Assembly (NCBI GenBank): GCA_051546255.1
Contig: CP128815.1
Location: 1,984,001-2,048,000, forward strand
Source of the DNA: Meyerozyma guilliermondii
Lineage: Eukaryota
Length of the DNA stretch: 64,000 bases
Direction: 5' to 3'
The position numbers and the translations under genes were made by a program. A model generated the notes under the pieces. That model made no database searches and was not told where the DNA came from. It saw only the letters and a program-made list of their open reading frames with translations. Shown piece by piece: positions 51,277-61,343 of this stretch. How positions within the stretch are numbered: the stretch's first letter is position 1; each line of letters opens with the position of its first letter.

Positions 51277-51939
51277 ATGGCTAGAAGACCAGCTAGATGT
51301 TACAGATACTGTAAGAACAAACCATACCCAAAGTCCAGATACAACAGAGCTGTCCCAGACGCCAAGATCAGAATCTACGATTTGGGTCGTAAGAAGGCTT
51401 CTGTCGATGAGTTCCCATTGTGTATCCACTTGGTTTCTAACGAGTTGGAACAGTTGTCCTCCGAGGCTTTGGAAGCTGCCCGTATCTGTGCTAACAAGTA
51501 CGTTACCAAGGTTTCTGGTAGAGATTCTTTCCACTTGAGAGTCAGAGTCCACCCCTTCCACGTTTTGCGTATCAACAAGATGTTGTCGTGTGCCGGTGCT
51601 GATAGATTGCAACAAGGTATGAGAGGAGCCTGGGGTAAGCCCCATGGTTTGGCTGCCAGAGTTGCCATTGGTCAAATTATCATGTCTGCCAGAACCAAGG
51701 ACTCCAACAAGGATGTTGTTATCGAAGGTTTGAGAAGAGCCAGATACAAGTTCCCAGGTCAACAAAAGATTATTATCTCCAAGAAGTGGGGTTTCACTCC
51801 TCTTAACAGAGATGAGTACATTGCCAAGAAGACCAACGGTGAGGTGAAGGACGATGGTGCCTACGTCAAGTTTTTGACTAAGAAGGGTCCATTGGAGGAG
51901 AACTTGAGACAGTTCCCTAACTACCACTACGAGGCTTAG
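51277..51939 (+). CDS. RPL10: 60S ribosomal protein L10 (uL16), 220 aa
   Basis: [21 protein letters not shown]...[24 protein letters not shown], with extreme codon bias. Confidence 0.99.
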   Translation: MARRPARCYRYCKNKPYPKSRYNRAVPDAKIRIYDLGRKKASVDEFPLCIHLVSNELEQLSSEALEAARICANKYVTKVSGRDSFHLRVRVHPFHVLRINKMLSCAGADRLQQGMRGAWGKPHGLAARVAIGQIIMSARTKDSNKDVVIEGLRRARYKFPGQQKIIISKKWGFTPLNRDEYIAKKTNGEVKDDGAYVKFLTKKGPLEENLRQFPNYHYEA

Positions 51940-52109
51940 GTTAGATAGTAATCAATGGTACTTGAAAGAATGTAGACGGAAAGGAGAGGAGGCTAGATGA
52001 AGCGTCAAATAAAGAAGCGGCTCGTCTTCGTCTTCGCACGGTGCCTGGCTTGTGTGCACACCGGATCCCTCGTGGTTTCGTGTCGCGTTGTCAAATTCTT
52101 TCTTCATCA

Positions 52110-52865
52110 ATGTCATTCTCCAATAAAGAAAACCCAAAAACTCTCGTTTTGTTCGATGTCGACGGAACATTAACCCCCGCCAGATTGACCATTTCTGAAG
52201 AAATGAAGAAAACCTTGGAAAAATTGAGAAGTAAAGTGGTGGTTGGTTTCGTCGGTGGTTCGGACTTTTCCAAGCAAGTTGAACAATTGGGTCCTAATAT
52301 TTTGACCGAATTCGACTACTGTTTCTCGGAGAATGGATTGACCGCCTACAAGCTCGGCGAGAAGTTGGCTTCTCAATCTTTCATCAACTGGATTGGAGAG
52401 GAAAAATACAACAAGTTGGCCAAGTTCATCTTGAGATATTTGAGTGATATCGATCTTCCTGTTAGAAGAGGAACTTTCATCGAGTTTAGAAACGGTATGA
52501 TCAACGTTTCACCCGTGGGAAGAAACGCGTCTACCCAAGAAAGAAACGATTTCGAGGCGTACGACAAGATCCACAACATTCGTTCCACCATGGTCAACGC
52601 GTTGAAGAAAGAATTCCCTGACTTGGGATTGACTTATTCCATTGGAGGTCAAATTTCGTTTGATGTTTTCCCAACCGGATGGGACAAGACCTACTGCTTG
52701 CAGCATGTTGAAGACGAAGGATTCACCGAGATCCACTTTTTCGGTGACAAGTCTTACGAGGGAGGTAATGACTACGAGATCTACAACGACAAGAGAACCA
52801 TTGGTCATGCCGTCAAGAGCCCAGACGACACCATCAAGATCTTGACCGAGTTGTTCAACTTGTAG
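52110..52865 (+). CDS. PMM1: Phosphomannomutase (HAD family; SEC53)
   Basis: [39 protein letters not shown] and FFGDK..GGNDYEI. Confidence 0.97.
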   Translation: MSFSNKENPKTLVLFDVDGTLTPARLTISEEMKKTLEKLRSKVVVGFVGGSDFSKQVEQLGPNILTEFDYCFSENGLTAYKLGEKLASQSFINWIGEEKYNKLAKFILRYLSDIDLPVRRGTFIEFRNGMINVSPVGRNASTQERNDFEAYDKIHNIRSTMVNALKKEFPDLGLTYSIGGQISFDVFPTGWDKTYCLQHVEDEGFTEIHFFGDKSYEGGNDYEIYNDKRTIGHAVKSPDDTIKILTELFNL

Positions 52866-53040
52866 GTATATACATTAGGATGTTCAATCTCATCGATAAT
52901 AGTCTCAGAAGATAGGTTCAGAACAACCTCAACTAAATACAGTGTCTTTCTCCATAGTACAACAAGTAAGTTTCGAAGTAGTAATCTTCAGACTACAATT
53001 TTCATACTCAGTAGTCTTTTCTGTTCAGTCTCATTTCCAC

Positions 53041-54930
53041 TCACCGCTTGGTGAAAATAGCACTGCTTTCCTCGCCGGCGCGGATGGCCTGGCCAACTTG
53101 TAGTTGCAACCTTTTGGTGGTGAGTTCGCTGAACCGCTTGGCTAGTGCCTCGGCTTGGCTTTTTCTGTTGTCTCCGTTCACTTCTTCTGGCTCAATCAAC
53201 AGCGGTAAATTTATAGGCTTGCTAGACCTGATTCTTTTTCCATTTCCAAGCTGACCAAACTCGTTATCTCCAAAAGCCAACACATCTTTCTTGTCTCCGA
53301 TATTGTCCAAAGTCACAAATGTATGAGAAGCACCAACACTGACATCTTTGATGCCGATTCCCACCACCTCGTTCTCCGTCTCGTCAAATTCCGTCAAGGT
53401 TCCTACCACTTTAACCGACTGTGGAACCGAGCAAATATGCATGAACCGATTGATACCGAGCTGACCTTTGACTCCATCTCCAAACGCCAATAAATGGACA
53501 TTTCCATCACCATTGACCTGAGCAAAAGAAGTACTTCCATCGGCAAACACTTTGGTCACCTTTCCTCCTTTCAACATGGACTTTGAAAAACCTATTGGCG
53601 AAGGTATGGGCTGAAGCTCAGACTGATATGAGGTCTCCTTACCGCACTGGCCGTGGTTATTCTTGCCCCATGCCCATATGGTGCCAGTTGAATCGACCGC
53701 AACATTGTGGAAATCTCCAGTAGCAATGCTTGTGAAGCGACGGGGACTCAAAACGGCCTTTTTCTTCTTGTGTATAACCTCGTTGTTTAAGAGAGGCATC
53801 TCTTTTGTCTCGAAAAGGGCGAGGTTGGCCTTGTCTTTGGCAAATGGTGAGAGAGATGGAAGTCCAAATTGACCATAATTGGCAACCGATTCGGTAGCTC
53901 CAACATACAACCTACCTTTGTTCGTAAGAGCAAGTAAATGAGACTTGCCGAAAGATACATCTGCAATTTTTTCACCACTGGCGAGCGAGTCGAACGAGAG
54001 ATAATTGAAATTCTGCTTCACCGTCAATCCCAACCAGTTTCTTGTGGCTTGTGGCTGGAACTCAACTCGGGTATCTGCTCGTGGCGTGTAAGCAACCTGT
54101 CCCTTGGTGGTTAAAAAGTAGATGAAATTGTCTGAAACGTGACATTTTGTTGCCTTAAAGGGCATCCTTGTCGATTGTGGAGTATCCATTTTTGGACTCC
54201 ATTGATAAAGTTTTCCATTGCTGATCACCACCGCATAATCCCTGGCTACTGAGACATCGTCTACTTTCATCCCGTCGAAGTATAGTATCCTGGTGGGTAA
54301 TCGACGGTTATTAATGGCTCCAAAGATGTAGATGCCAGGCTCACTCGAAGGCTTAATTCCAGCCACAAACTCATCTGTGAGCTGCTGCTGAACCTTTTCT
54401 GTCAAGTATTTTGTGCTTTTTCTGTTTGGAGGCTCCTGACCAACTTTCTCTTCAATATCGTACCAGTAGCCATGCAACAAACTATTTTTCAAATACTCAT
54501 AATTCATGAACACCTGATGACCCCCTATCGCTAAAACGAGCAATGCTATACCCAAACCCACTCCCTTCATTCTCTCATTGAATTCAAACAGTTTTTTGTT
54601 TCGATTTATTAATTTCTCCTGTTCTTCTCGAGCAATCAACAGGAATTGGTACTTGTAATCCGCTGAATTCGGGTCCATATCCTTCAAGCGTGGATCCCTA
54701 GCAACTTGAGCGTGTATATCGCCCAAGCGTTCGTGCAAATCGTTCGTATTAGACTCCAAAGTTGGCCTTTCAGCTCCGGCAATCTCATCCACACTGCTGA
54801 AATTATGTCCAAACAGGTACTCTTTTTTGCTTTTGTTGAACAGATCTATGTCTGACCTATGGAGATTGGTAGTGGTGCGGTGCAAGCCACGCAAGAACGC
54901 TCTACGTGCTCCATAAACCACTAACCGCAT
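53041..54930 (-). CDS. FMP25: Mitochondrial inner-membrane RCC1-repeat protein (Fmp25/Bca1-like)
   Basis: Presequence, one TM and RCC1 repeats (GKSHLLAL, GDFHNVAV...WGKNNHGQCG, FGDNEFGQLG). ATG at 54930. Confidence 0.8.
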   Translation of the reverse strand: MRLVVYGARRAFLRGLHRTTTNLHRSDIDLFNKSKKEYLFGHNFSSVDEIAGAERPTLESNTNDLHERLGDIHAQVARDPRLKDMDPNSADYKYQFLLIAREEQEKLINRNKKLFEFNERMKGVGLGIALLVLAIGGHQVFMNYEYLKNSLLHGYWYDIEEKVGQEPPNRKSTKYLTEKVQQQLTDEFVAGIKPSSEPGIYIFGAINNRRLPTRILYFDGMKVDDVSVARDYAVVISNGKLYQWSPKMDTPQSTRMPFKATKCHVSDNFIYFLTTKGQVAYTPRADTRVEFQPQATRNWLGLTVKQNFNYLSFDSLASGEKIADVSFGKSHLLALTNKGRLYVGATESVANYGQFGLPSLSPFAKDKANLALFETKEMPLLNNEVIHKKKKAVLSPRRFTSIATGDFHNVAVDSTGTIWAWGKNNHGQCGKETSYQSELQPIPSPIGFSKSMLKGGKVTKVFADGSTSFAQVNGDGNVHLLAFGDGVKGQLGINRFMHICSVPQSVKVVGTLTEFDETENEVVGIGIKDVSVGASHTFVTLDNIGDKKDVLAFGDNEFGQLGNGKRIRSSKPINLPLLIEPEEVNGDNRKSQAEALAKRFSELTTKRLQLQVGQAIRAGEESSAIFTKR

Positions 54931-54980
54931 AGCTATTGGAAACAGATCAGTAAATTTTAGAACTAAAGATGGGGAGCAAC

Positions 54981-54993
54981 ACACCCGTACACC
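54981..54993 (+). promoter_or_regulatory. Rap1-like site ACACCCGTACACC in the FMP25/FMP32 divergent promoter
   Basis: Matches the ACACCCRYACAY consensus. A related CATCCGTACACC occurs near 63100. Confidence 0.45.
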
Positions 54994-55052
54994 AGCTTAC
55001 TATCATGACTTAGTGTCGCGAATGATTAGTACAGAGTCCTTATTTTTGCTAG

Positions 55053-55625
55053 ATGTGGCGACCAGGTGTGAGACTGTTGTCCAGCATTACCAAATTCGAC
55101 ACCAAGAAGTTTGTAGTATCACTCAAGAACGGCGGATTTACACCTGAACAAGCTGAAACAGCTGTAAATATCGTTAATCGTGCCGTCAATGACGGCATAT
55201 ATGCCATCACAAAGAACCTTGTGAACAAGGAAACGTTATCGTCGACGGCGTACCAGCAAAAAGTCGACTTTGCCAAGCTCAAGGGAGAATTACAGACCAT
55301 GGACAAATCAGAATTTAACAATTTGAAGAAAGAACAAGAGAATCTACGAACCGATTTGACCAATTTAAAGAACAGATTAAAGGAAGAAATCACCCGAAGT
55401 CAAGCGGGTGTTCGTCTCGACTTGAATTTGGAAAAGGGGAGAATAAGAGAAGAGAGTTCGATTCATGAACTGAAAATCGAAGATACATATACCAGAATTG
55501 ACGAGGAGATTGCCAACATGCAAATGCAAATCAAGTCTGTGAAAACCCAGGTGATGCAATGGCTTATCGGAGTGTCATCGGGTACGTTTGCATTATTATT
55601 GGCGTTTGTTCGGTTTTTTGGATGA
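55053..55625 (+). CDS. FMP32: CCDC90/MCUR1-like mitochondrial coiled-coil protein (DUF1640)
   Basis: FDT..FV..L...GFT..QAE, YQQKVDFAKLK, AGVRLDLNLEKGRIREE and a C-terminal TM. Confidence 0.88.
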   Translation: MWRPGVRLLSSITKFDTKKFVVSLKNGGFTPEQAETAVNIVNRAVNDGIYAITKNLVNKETLSSTAYQQKVDFAKLKGELQTMDKSEFNNLKKEQENLRTDLTNLKNRLKEEITRSQAGVRLDLNLEKGRIREESSIHELKIEDTYTRIDEEIANMQMQIKSVKTQVMQWLIGVSSGTFALLLAFVRFFG

Positions 55626-55635
55626 CCTGCTCAAT

Positions 55636-55810
55636 TGCTACATTACCACTAAGATTACTACATTACCACAATTGCTACTATTTAAGACTGCTACATACCA
55701 CTCCAGGATTACCACAACCACATTACGATTGCTACTATTTGCTACTGCTACTAATTGCTATCTGTTACTTTTGCTATTTCTCGCTACTACTCTCTTCTCG
55801 CTATTCTCTG
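55636..55810 (+). repeat. Degenerate (TTACCAC/TGCTAC)-type low-complexity array between FMP32 and BOS1
   Basis: Repeated attaccac / tgctac units read directly. Confidence 0.6.
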
Positions 55811-55877
55811 CAGGCACCGCGTTTTCACCTTCGTGTCTTCGTGTAACGTCCAATAACTTTCCCAGCTTTCACTGATC

Positions 55878-56549
55878 ATGAATTCACTCTACAACCATGG
55901 CATCAAGCAGACGAAGCTCTTATCAAAAGAATTGGCTACTTTTGAATCCAACATCTCCACTTCGCCATTGTCTTTACAAGGCTCGATCACAACGTCATTG
56001 ACTGCGTTCCGAAAAACTATCAAAGAATATGGTGATTTGGTAGCACAAGCGCCTTCTGATGACCACTTAACAAAGCATGAAGCCAGGCTTGAAAAGTTCA
56101 ACAAAGACCTACAAGAATTTACTCAGAAATTCGACAATTTGAAACTTCAACGAGAAAACTTACGTCATGAAGCCAACACCCAAGAACTTATGGGACGCCG
56201 ACATGCCGGTAACACTTCCGAGAATCCATACGAGGCAGCAGAAAACGTCCAGCTGCCAATGATGTATCATGAAGGATTGGCTAAGGAACATTCTTCGTTG
56301 CAAAGAGGAAGCCAGCAATTGGATCAAATTTTGGAAATGGGACAACAGGCATTTGAAGATATTGTGGGTCAAAATGAAACGTTACAACGAGTCAAGGCAA
56401 AATTCGAAGACAGTTTGGTAACGCTTGGAGTCAGTAGGGGTACCATTCGCACCATTGAAAAACGTGCTAGGCAAGACAAGTGGATCTTTTGGGCCGGAGT
56501 GGTATTGCTTTTCGTATGCTTTTGGTACATTTTGAAGTGGCTCAGGTGA
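55878..56549 (+). CDS. BOS1: ER-Golgi Qb-SNARE
   Basis: MNSLYNHG, PLSLQGSI, SNARE motif ...LGVSRGTIRTIEKRARQDKWIFW and a C-terminal TM. Confidence 0.93.
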   Translation: MNSLYNHGIKQTKLLSKELATFESNISTSPLSLQGSITTSLTAFRKTIKEYGDLVAQAPSDDHLTKHEARLEKFNKDLQEFTQKFDNLKLQRENLRHEANTQELMGRRHAGNTSENPYEAAENVQLPMMYHEGLAKEHSSLQRGSQQLDQILEMGQQAFEDIVGQNETLQRVKAKFEDSLVTLGVSRGTIRTIEKRARQDKWIFWAGVVLLFVCFWYILKWLR

Positions 56550-57246
56550 TGCATTCTGACGCCGCTTCTCCACTATAGGCTTAGACTACTGATTTCATGA
56601 GCCGCAAGTGCTAAAAGAAGGGGTATTGCAGATACAAGTCACCTGACAGTTGAGCGAGTTTTTCGCAGCACAAATAGAAACTTTGTCATTGTCCTCAACT
56701 GACATTGACAGTACTATAGTGCATCGAGAATACTATCTGTTCATCGAGATCATATGGCTCATGGCTCATGGCTATGATACACTGGCTCGGCACATGTAAG
56801 TCCGCAACGAGCATCAGCCTTCGTTGTCCAGGCCAAATCTCCGCCTTTCATCCTTAACCAGTAAACGAGGATTCTGCACGTTTCGGACCAACTACTATTT
56901 ACCCAATGGAGCAACACAACGGGTACTTCGGAGGGGATAAGTAAAAGGTAGCTTTTACTGACTTCCTAATCAGGCAGGCGATTCGTCGTGGTTGGTGCGG
57001 CTCAATGAACAAAAGTGCCTAATTAGGCAATGTTATTGCATGCACAGTGTCATGGCTGCAAAGGCTTGGTTTGACACTGTTAGTATATAATCCATGAGAG
57101 ATGAAATCAAATGGTAAATCAAGTTTTAGTTCTACCATTTGTATTTTCTACTCCCTGGAGTTTTCGGTTTTTTCGTTGATCCACATCATTCCTTCCTGCT
57201 TGAATTATACGGCAATTTCGTGCCTTCATTTCGTGGGGTTTAAAAA

Positions 57247-58794
57247 ATGAAGCTTTCCCCTTATGTTTTAGTTGCTGTGGTCCTCAGCATACCGGGACCG
57301 TCGTCGGCATATCCTGTTGACAGAGACTCTGTTGAAAAGAGACAGCAAGATTTGGCTGTTGAATTTCCTACCGTCGACCTCGATCGTAGAGGTTTGTTCA
57401 GCTGGATTCTGAACTTGGTTGATGACGATTCCCTGGCCGCAGCCGCCCCAGCTCCAGCAGCTACTACCGTTGCTGCGCAAGTTGCACCGGCACCAGTTGC
57501 ATCAGTTGCTCCTGTCGCTGCTCCTGCGACTACTTCTGCATCCAGTGGTGGATTTGGCAAGTTTCTTTCCGGACTTTTTGGCGGAAGCTCGTCCACCACA
57601 ACGGCTTCGACTGCTCCAGCTGCTGCTCCAACTGCATCTTCTGTTGCATCTCCGGCTGCCGCTGCTGCACCTGCTGCCAAGGCATCATCCAGTTCTGGTG
57701 GTATTTTGGGCTTCTTTTCCAATCTTTTTGGCGAAAGCAGTAGTTCCACCTCAACCACACCAACAGCCAGTGCTCCTGTAGTGGCTAGTTCAGTCGCTAG
57801 TTCAGTCGCAGTTTCGTCCGTTCAAGTTCCTGCCGCTGTTGCATCTGCTTCGGCTGCTGCTTCTGCTGTTCTTGGCACTAGCACCGCTGGCTCCACCGTT
57901 TCGGGGGCCTATACCAATCTTCCTGGATTTGACAGTGATCCCAGTTCATCTCCCACAGAAGCTAGCTACACTGGATCCAGAATTGCCAATGTCAAAGCTG
58001 CATCTTCAGCCAAGGGTATCTCGTACTCTCCATACACCAAGAGTGGAGCCTGTAAAACTGCCGCTGAAGTGAAAAGCGATATTGCCGAGTTGTCTCCTTT
58101 TTCAATCATTAGATTATACAGTGTCGACTGCAGCGGTATCCAGAATGTACTTGCTGCCATGTCCTCGTCGCAAAAGTTGTTCTTGGGTGTGTGGCCCATT
58201 GACCTGAGCTCGGTGCAATCCGATTTGCAAAGTGCCAAGCAACAAGTCCAGACGTCATCAAGAGGCTGGAGTGCCGTGCACACCATTGCTATTGGAAACG
58301 AACAGGTGAATTCGGGCCAAGGAACTGTTCAACAGGTGAGTACAGGAGTCCAAACTGCTCGTACTTGGCTCAAACAAAATGCTCCAAGTTACAATGGTTA
58401 CGTTGTGACTGTCGATACCCTCGTTGCTGTTGTTGCCAACCCTGCTCTTTGTGATGTTTCCGACTACTTGGCTGTAAATTCCCACCCATACTGGGATGGA
58501 GGTGTGCAACCTTCCAACTCGGGTCCATGGCTTCAGAACCAAATATCCAACTTGAAAAATGCTTGCGGTAACTCCAAGAGTATTCTTATTACCGAGACTG
58601 GCTGGCCCACCGAGGGATCTAATTATGGCCAGTGTCAACCTTCCGTCTCCAACCAACTCGCTGCCATTAAAAGTATCAATAGTGTGTTGGCAGACCAGGT
58701 ATTTATGTTCACCACTTTCAACGACTACTGGAAGGATGGTGGTGCATACGGAGTGGAGAAGTACTGGGGAATCTACGGAGACCCTAATGCCTGA
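57247..58794 (+). CDS. SCW4: Secreted GH17 cell-wall glucanase/transglycosylase (Scw4/Scw11/Mp65 family)
   Basis: Signal peptide, KR/RR sites, Ala/Ser-rich linker, GISYSPY, IRLYSVDC, IGNE, ITETGWP and EKYWGI; no GPI tail. Paralog naming is uncertain. Confidence 0.8.
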   Translation: MKLSPYVLVAVVLSIPGPSSAYPVDRDSVEKRQQDLAVEFPTVDLDRRGLFSWILNLVDDDSLAAAAPAPAATTVAAQVAPAPVASVAPVAAPATTSASSGGFGKFLSGLFGGSSSTTTASTAPAAAPTASSVASPAAAAAPAAKASSSSGGILGFFSNLFGESSSSTSTTPTASAPVVASSVASSVAVSSVQVPAAVASASAAASAVLGTSTAGSTVSGAYTNLPGFDSDPSSSPTEASYTGSRIANVKAASSAKGISYSPYTKSGACKTAAEVKSDIAELSPFSIIRLYSVDCSGIQNVLAAMSSSQKLFLGVWPIDLSSVQSDLQSAKQQVQTSSRGWSAVHTIAIGNEQVNSGQGTVQQVSTGVQTARTWLKQNAPSYNGYVVTVDTLVAVVANPALCDVSDYLAVNSHPYWDGGVQPSNSGPWLQNQISNLKNACGNSKSILITETGWPTEGSNYGQCQPSVSNQLAAIKSINSVLADQVFMFTTFNDYWKDGGAYGVEKYWGIYGDPNA

Positions 58795-58926
58795 TAGATG
58801 TTATACCATGTAAAATAATGAATGTTGTAATTTGCAACCAACTTAAAGTATTGAGCTTTTCACACTTCGCACTCCTGCACCTGCCTCTCACCATTTTTCA
58901 TCTTCGAGTTCGCGTACAAAACAACC

Positions 58927-61227
58927 ATGTCGGCAGAACGAGAACGGCGCAAATTGAGTCATCGACTTCAGCCGATCTTCGATGGCATTTATTTGTTGAA
59001 GGACGATGAGGGGATTCAGATTCTGGAAACGTTTCAAAGACTTCCTTTGAGAACCGGAACTGACTACTACAAGATTATCTTGAATCCAGTGTCTCTTCAT
59101 GGTGTTGGAAGATCGATAAAAAACAGTACCTACAAGTCAGCACAGGAGTTTGTGAGCCAGCTCGCGCAAATATCGTGGAATGCTAGGTTGTACAACATGA
59201 AAGGATCGAAAATCTATCAACACGCAATGATATTGAATGAGTATATTTTGGACAAGGTAATTCCCAAATTAAATGCCGAGAAACTGGTGGAGGTTTTCTA
59301 CCCGGATTTGGGTCCGCTTCCGGAGGACGATGATTATCCAATGGAAGGAGTTGGAAAGTTGTCTACTCCAATGAAAAGTGACGACGAAGAAGAAGACGAA
59401 GACGATGACTACGACGACTATTCAGCCATCAATACCCCACCACAACGCCTGAACCGTAACCATATGGTCAGCAGAACAAGCAGTTACGGCGGAGTTGGCA
59501 ACAAGAAACTCGAATCTGGAATAAGACGAGGCAGACCTCCAATCATCGACCGTCCATACGAGACCAGAATCAAACTTATTTTGAAACACTTTAAAAAATT
59601 GCGTCACCCGAACGATCCAAACCATCCGTTGACGACACACCTCGAAAAATTGCCTGATCCTCGTATGGAACCAAACTACTACCTGATGATCAAGAACCCC
59701 ATTTGCTTGAATGATATCCGAGCCAAGGTCAGAACAAGAAAGTATCACAATGTAGATGAGTTTCTTGCCGACTTGTCGCTCATGTTCCAAAATGTCAAGT
59801 TCTACTATACGAGTAACCAGCTTTCCCCCGTGTATCAGGACTGTCTACTTTTGGAAGCTGAAGCTAATAACATCATCAATGCCGAGCTCATGAGACCAGA
59901 AAAGGACCTCTTGGTGTCTAATACTCCGGGCGGTGACGGAATCATTCGTGTGCCTTTGGACTCCATCGATATCAATGGCCAAACCTACAAAATCGGCGAT
60001 TGGGTTCTCATGAATAACCCCACAGAACCGTTAAAACCAACAGTGGGCCAGATTTTCCGGCTCTGGTCAACAGAGGATGGAACCAAGTATACCAATGTGT
60101 GCTGGTACTACCGGCCGGAGCAAACCTGCCATAGGCACGATCGCCTTTTTTTTGAAAACGAAGTTTGCAAAACCGGTCAGTACCGCGACCACTTGGCGTC
60201 GGAGATTTTGGGGCCATGCTACGTTATTTTCTTGACTCGTCACCAAAAGGGCGACTTGCCTGCGTCGGTGGTGCCCGAAGGTATGCCGTGGTTTATCTGC
60301 GAGTTCAGATACAACGAAAACTCCCATGTTTTTAACAGAATCAGAACCTGGAAAGCATGCTTGCCAGACGAAATTAGAGACCAACCGGAAATACCGTTGA
60401 TTCCTCTCAACGAGCCTCGAAAGCTTATCAAGTTTGAATCACCCATCAAGAATACGTTGCCGTCCGATGCAACTCCAAACATGGCCATTCCTGAGCCTAC
60501 GCCTGGTCCCGATGCGAATGCACCACCTATTATGGGTCTGGTTTTCTTGCGTGAACCAGTCGAAGACGACGAGCTTGGACAATATTCTACTAGTCCTAAT
60601 GTTGCCGAGGCACCAGAATACGATGTCGATGGTAGAAAAGCGTATCTTTTTACCCCAGTTCTGCAGATGAAAATGACCGGCGGCGCATACCCAACTCAGT
60701 CCAATAGTGGTATCAGCACCCCGGTACCTGTGAGCCACGACTACAACGACATGGATCGGTCGTACAGTTCCAGTGTTTCACGGTACAATCAGAACATTCA
60801 GCAGCAAAGTCACATGCTCCAAACACAGCAACGGACGGTTCACCGTATTGGAACCGGAGATGTTAGACGGCCAGCGGTAGCTACCACTAGTGCTTTTCCA
60901 GGTCCGCTGCAATCGACTCTTTCGGTTCATAATGCCAGTCCGGCTTACTCAAACTTGCTCTCTGGAGGAGTGCTAAGTTACGCTATGAACGACGAGGACA
61001 ATTCGCTTGCAAGCGTAGCGGGATCTGTCAACACCAAGAAGAGAAAAGTGGCTCCTGGTGAGTTTGGCGACGCCGAAGCCGAGGAAACTCGAGACATTGT
61101 GTGGTATAGATCTCCGCCATTGATGGTTGGTCAGCGAATTATCACGGCCAATGGTGTAAACCTTGGGCATTCAGCGCAATATTTGGCATGGAAGGCACAG
61201 AAGACGAACGTAGAAACCAAAATATAG
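58927..61227 (+). CDS. RSC2: RSC complex subunit Rsc1/Rsc2 (two bromodomains, AT-hook, BAH)
   Basis: Bromodomain WNARLYN, AT-hook RRGRPP, a second bromodomain, BAH (CWYYRPEQT, EVCKTGQY), IRTWKACLPDE and C-terminal LGHSAQYL. Confidence 0.92.
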   Translation: MSAERERRKLSHRLQPIFDGIYLLKDDEGIQILETFQRLPLRTGTDYYKIILNPVSLHGVGRSIKNSTYKSAQEFVSQLAQISWNARLYNMKGSKIYQHAMILNEYILDKVIPKLNAEKLVEVFYPDLGPLPEDDDYPMEGVGKLSTPMKSDDEEEDEDDDYDDYSAINTPPQRLNRNHMVSRTSSYGGVGNKKLESGIRRGRPPIIDRPYETRIKLILKHFKKLRHPNDPNHPLTTHLEKLPDPRMEPNYYLMIKNPICLNDIRAKVRTRKYHNVDEFLADLSLMFQNVKFYYTSNQLSPVYQDCLLLEAEANNIINAELMRPEKDLLVSNTPGGDGIIRVPLDSIDINGQTYKIGDWVLMNNPTEPLKPTVGQIFRLWSTEDGTKYTNVCWYYRPEQTCHRHDRLFFENEVCKTGQYRDHLASEILGPCYVIFLTRHQKGDLPASVVPEGMPWFICEFRYNENSHVFNRIRTWKACLPDEIRDQPEIPLIPLNEPRKLIKFESPIKNTLPSDATPNMAIPEPTPGPDANAPPIMGLVFLREPVEDDELGQYSTSPNVAEAPEYDVDGRKAYLFTPVLQMKMTGGAYPTQSNSGISTPVPVSHDYNDMDRSYSSSVSRYNQNIQQQSHMLQTQQRTVHRIGTGDVRRPAVATTSAFPGPLQSTLSVHNASPAYSNLLSGGVLSYAMNDEDNSLASVAGSVNTKKRKVAPGEFGDAEAEETRDIVWYRSPPLMVGQRIITANGVNLGHSAQYLAWKAQKTNVETKI

Positions 61228-61343
61228 ATGAGATAATCAATAATGAATGTAATATTGCAATTCTGCAATCTAATCAGATAATGCTCGCTTTGCAGCTTCA
61301 TGCAACTTTGACAGGCGCGAATCTCATTGCATTCACTCCGCCG

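Noticed and set aside
51262..51927. 221-aa minus-strand ORF overlapping RPL10 (also antisense ORFs within LEU1, FKS1, SPS19 and PMM1)
   Set aside because: Expected artefact of strong codon bias (few TTA/CTA/TCA codons) on the coding strand.
57077..57090. TACTAACAG on the minus strand upstream of the GH17 gene
   Set aside because: There is no matching donor or minus-strand gene. It overlaps the likely TATA element of the + strand gene.
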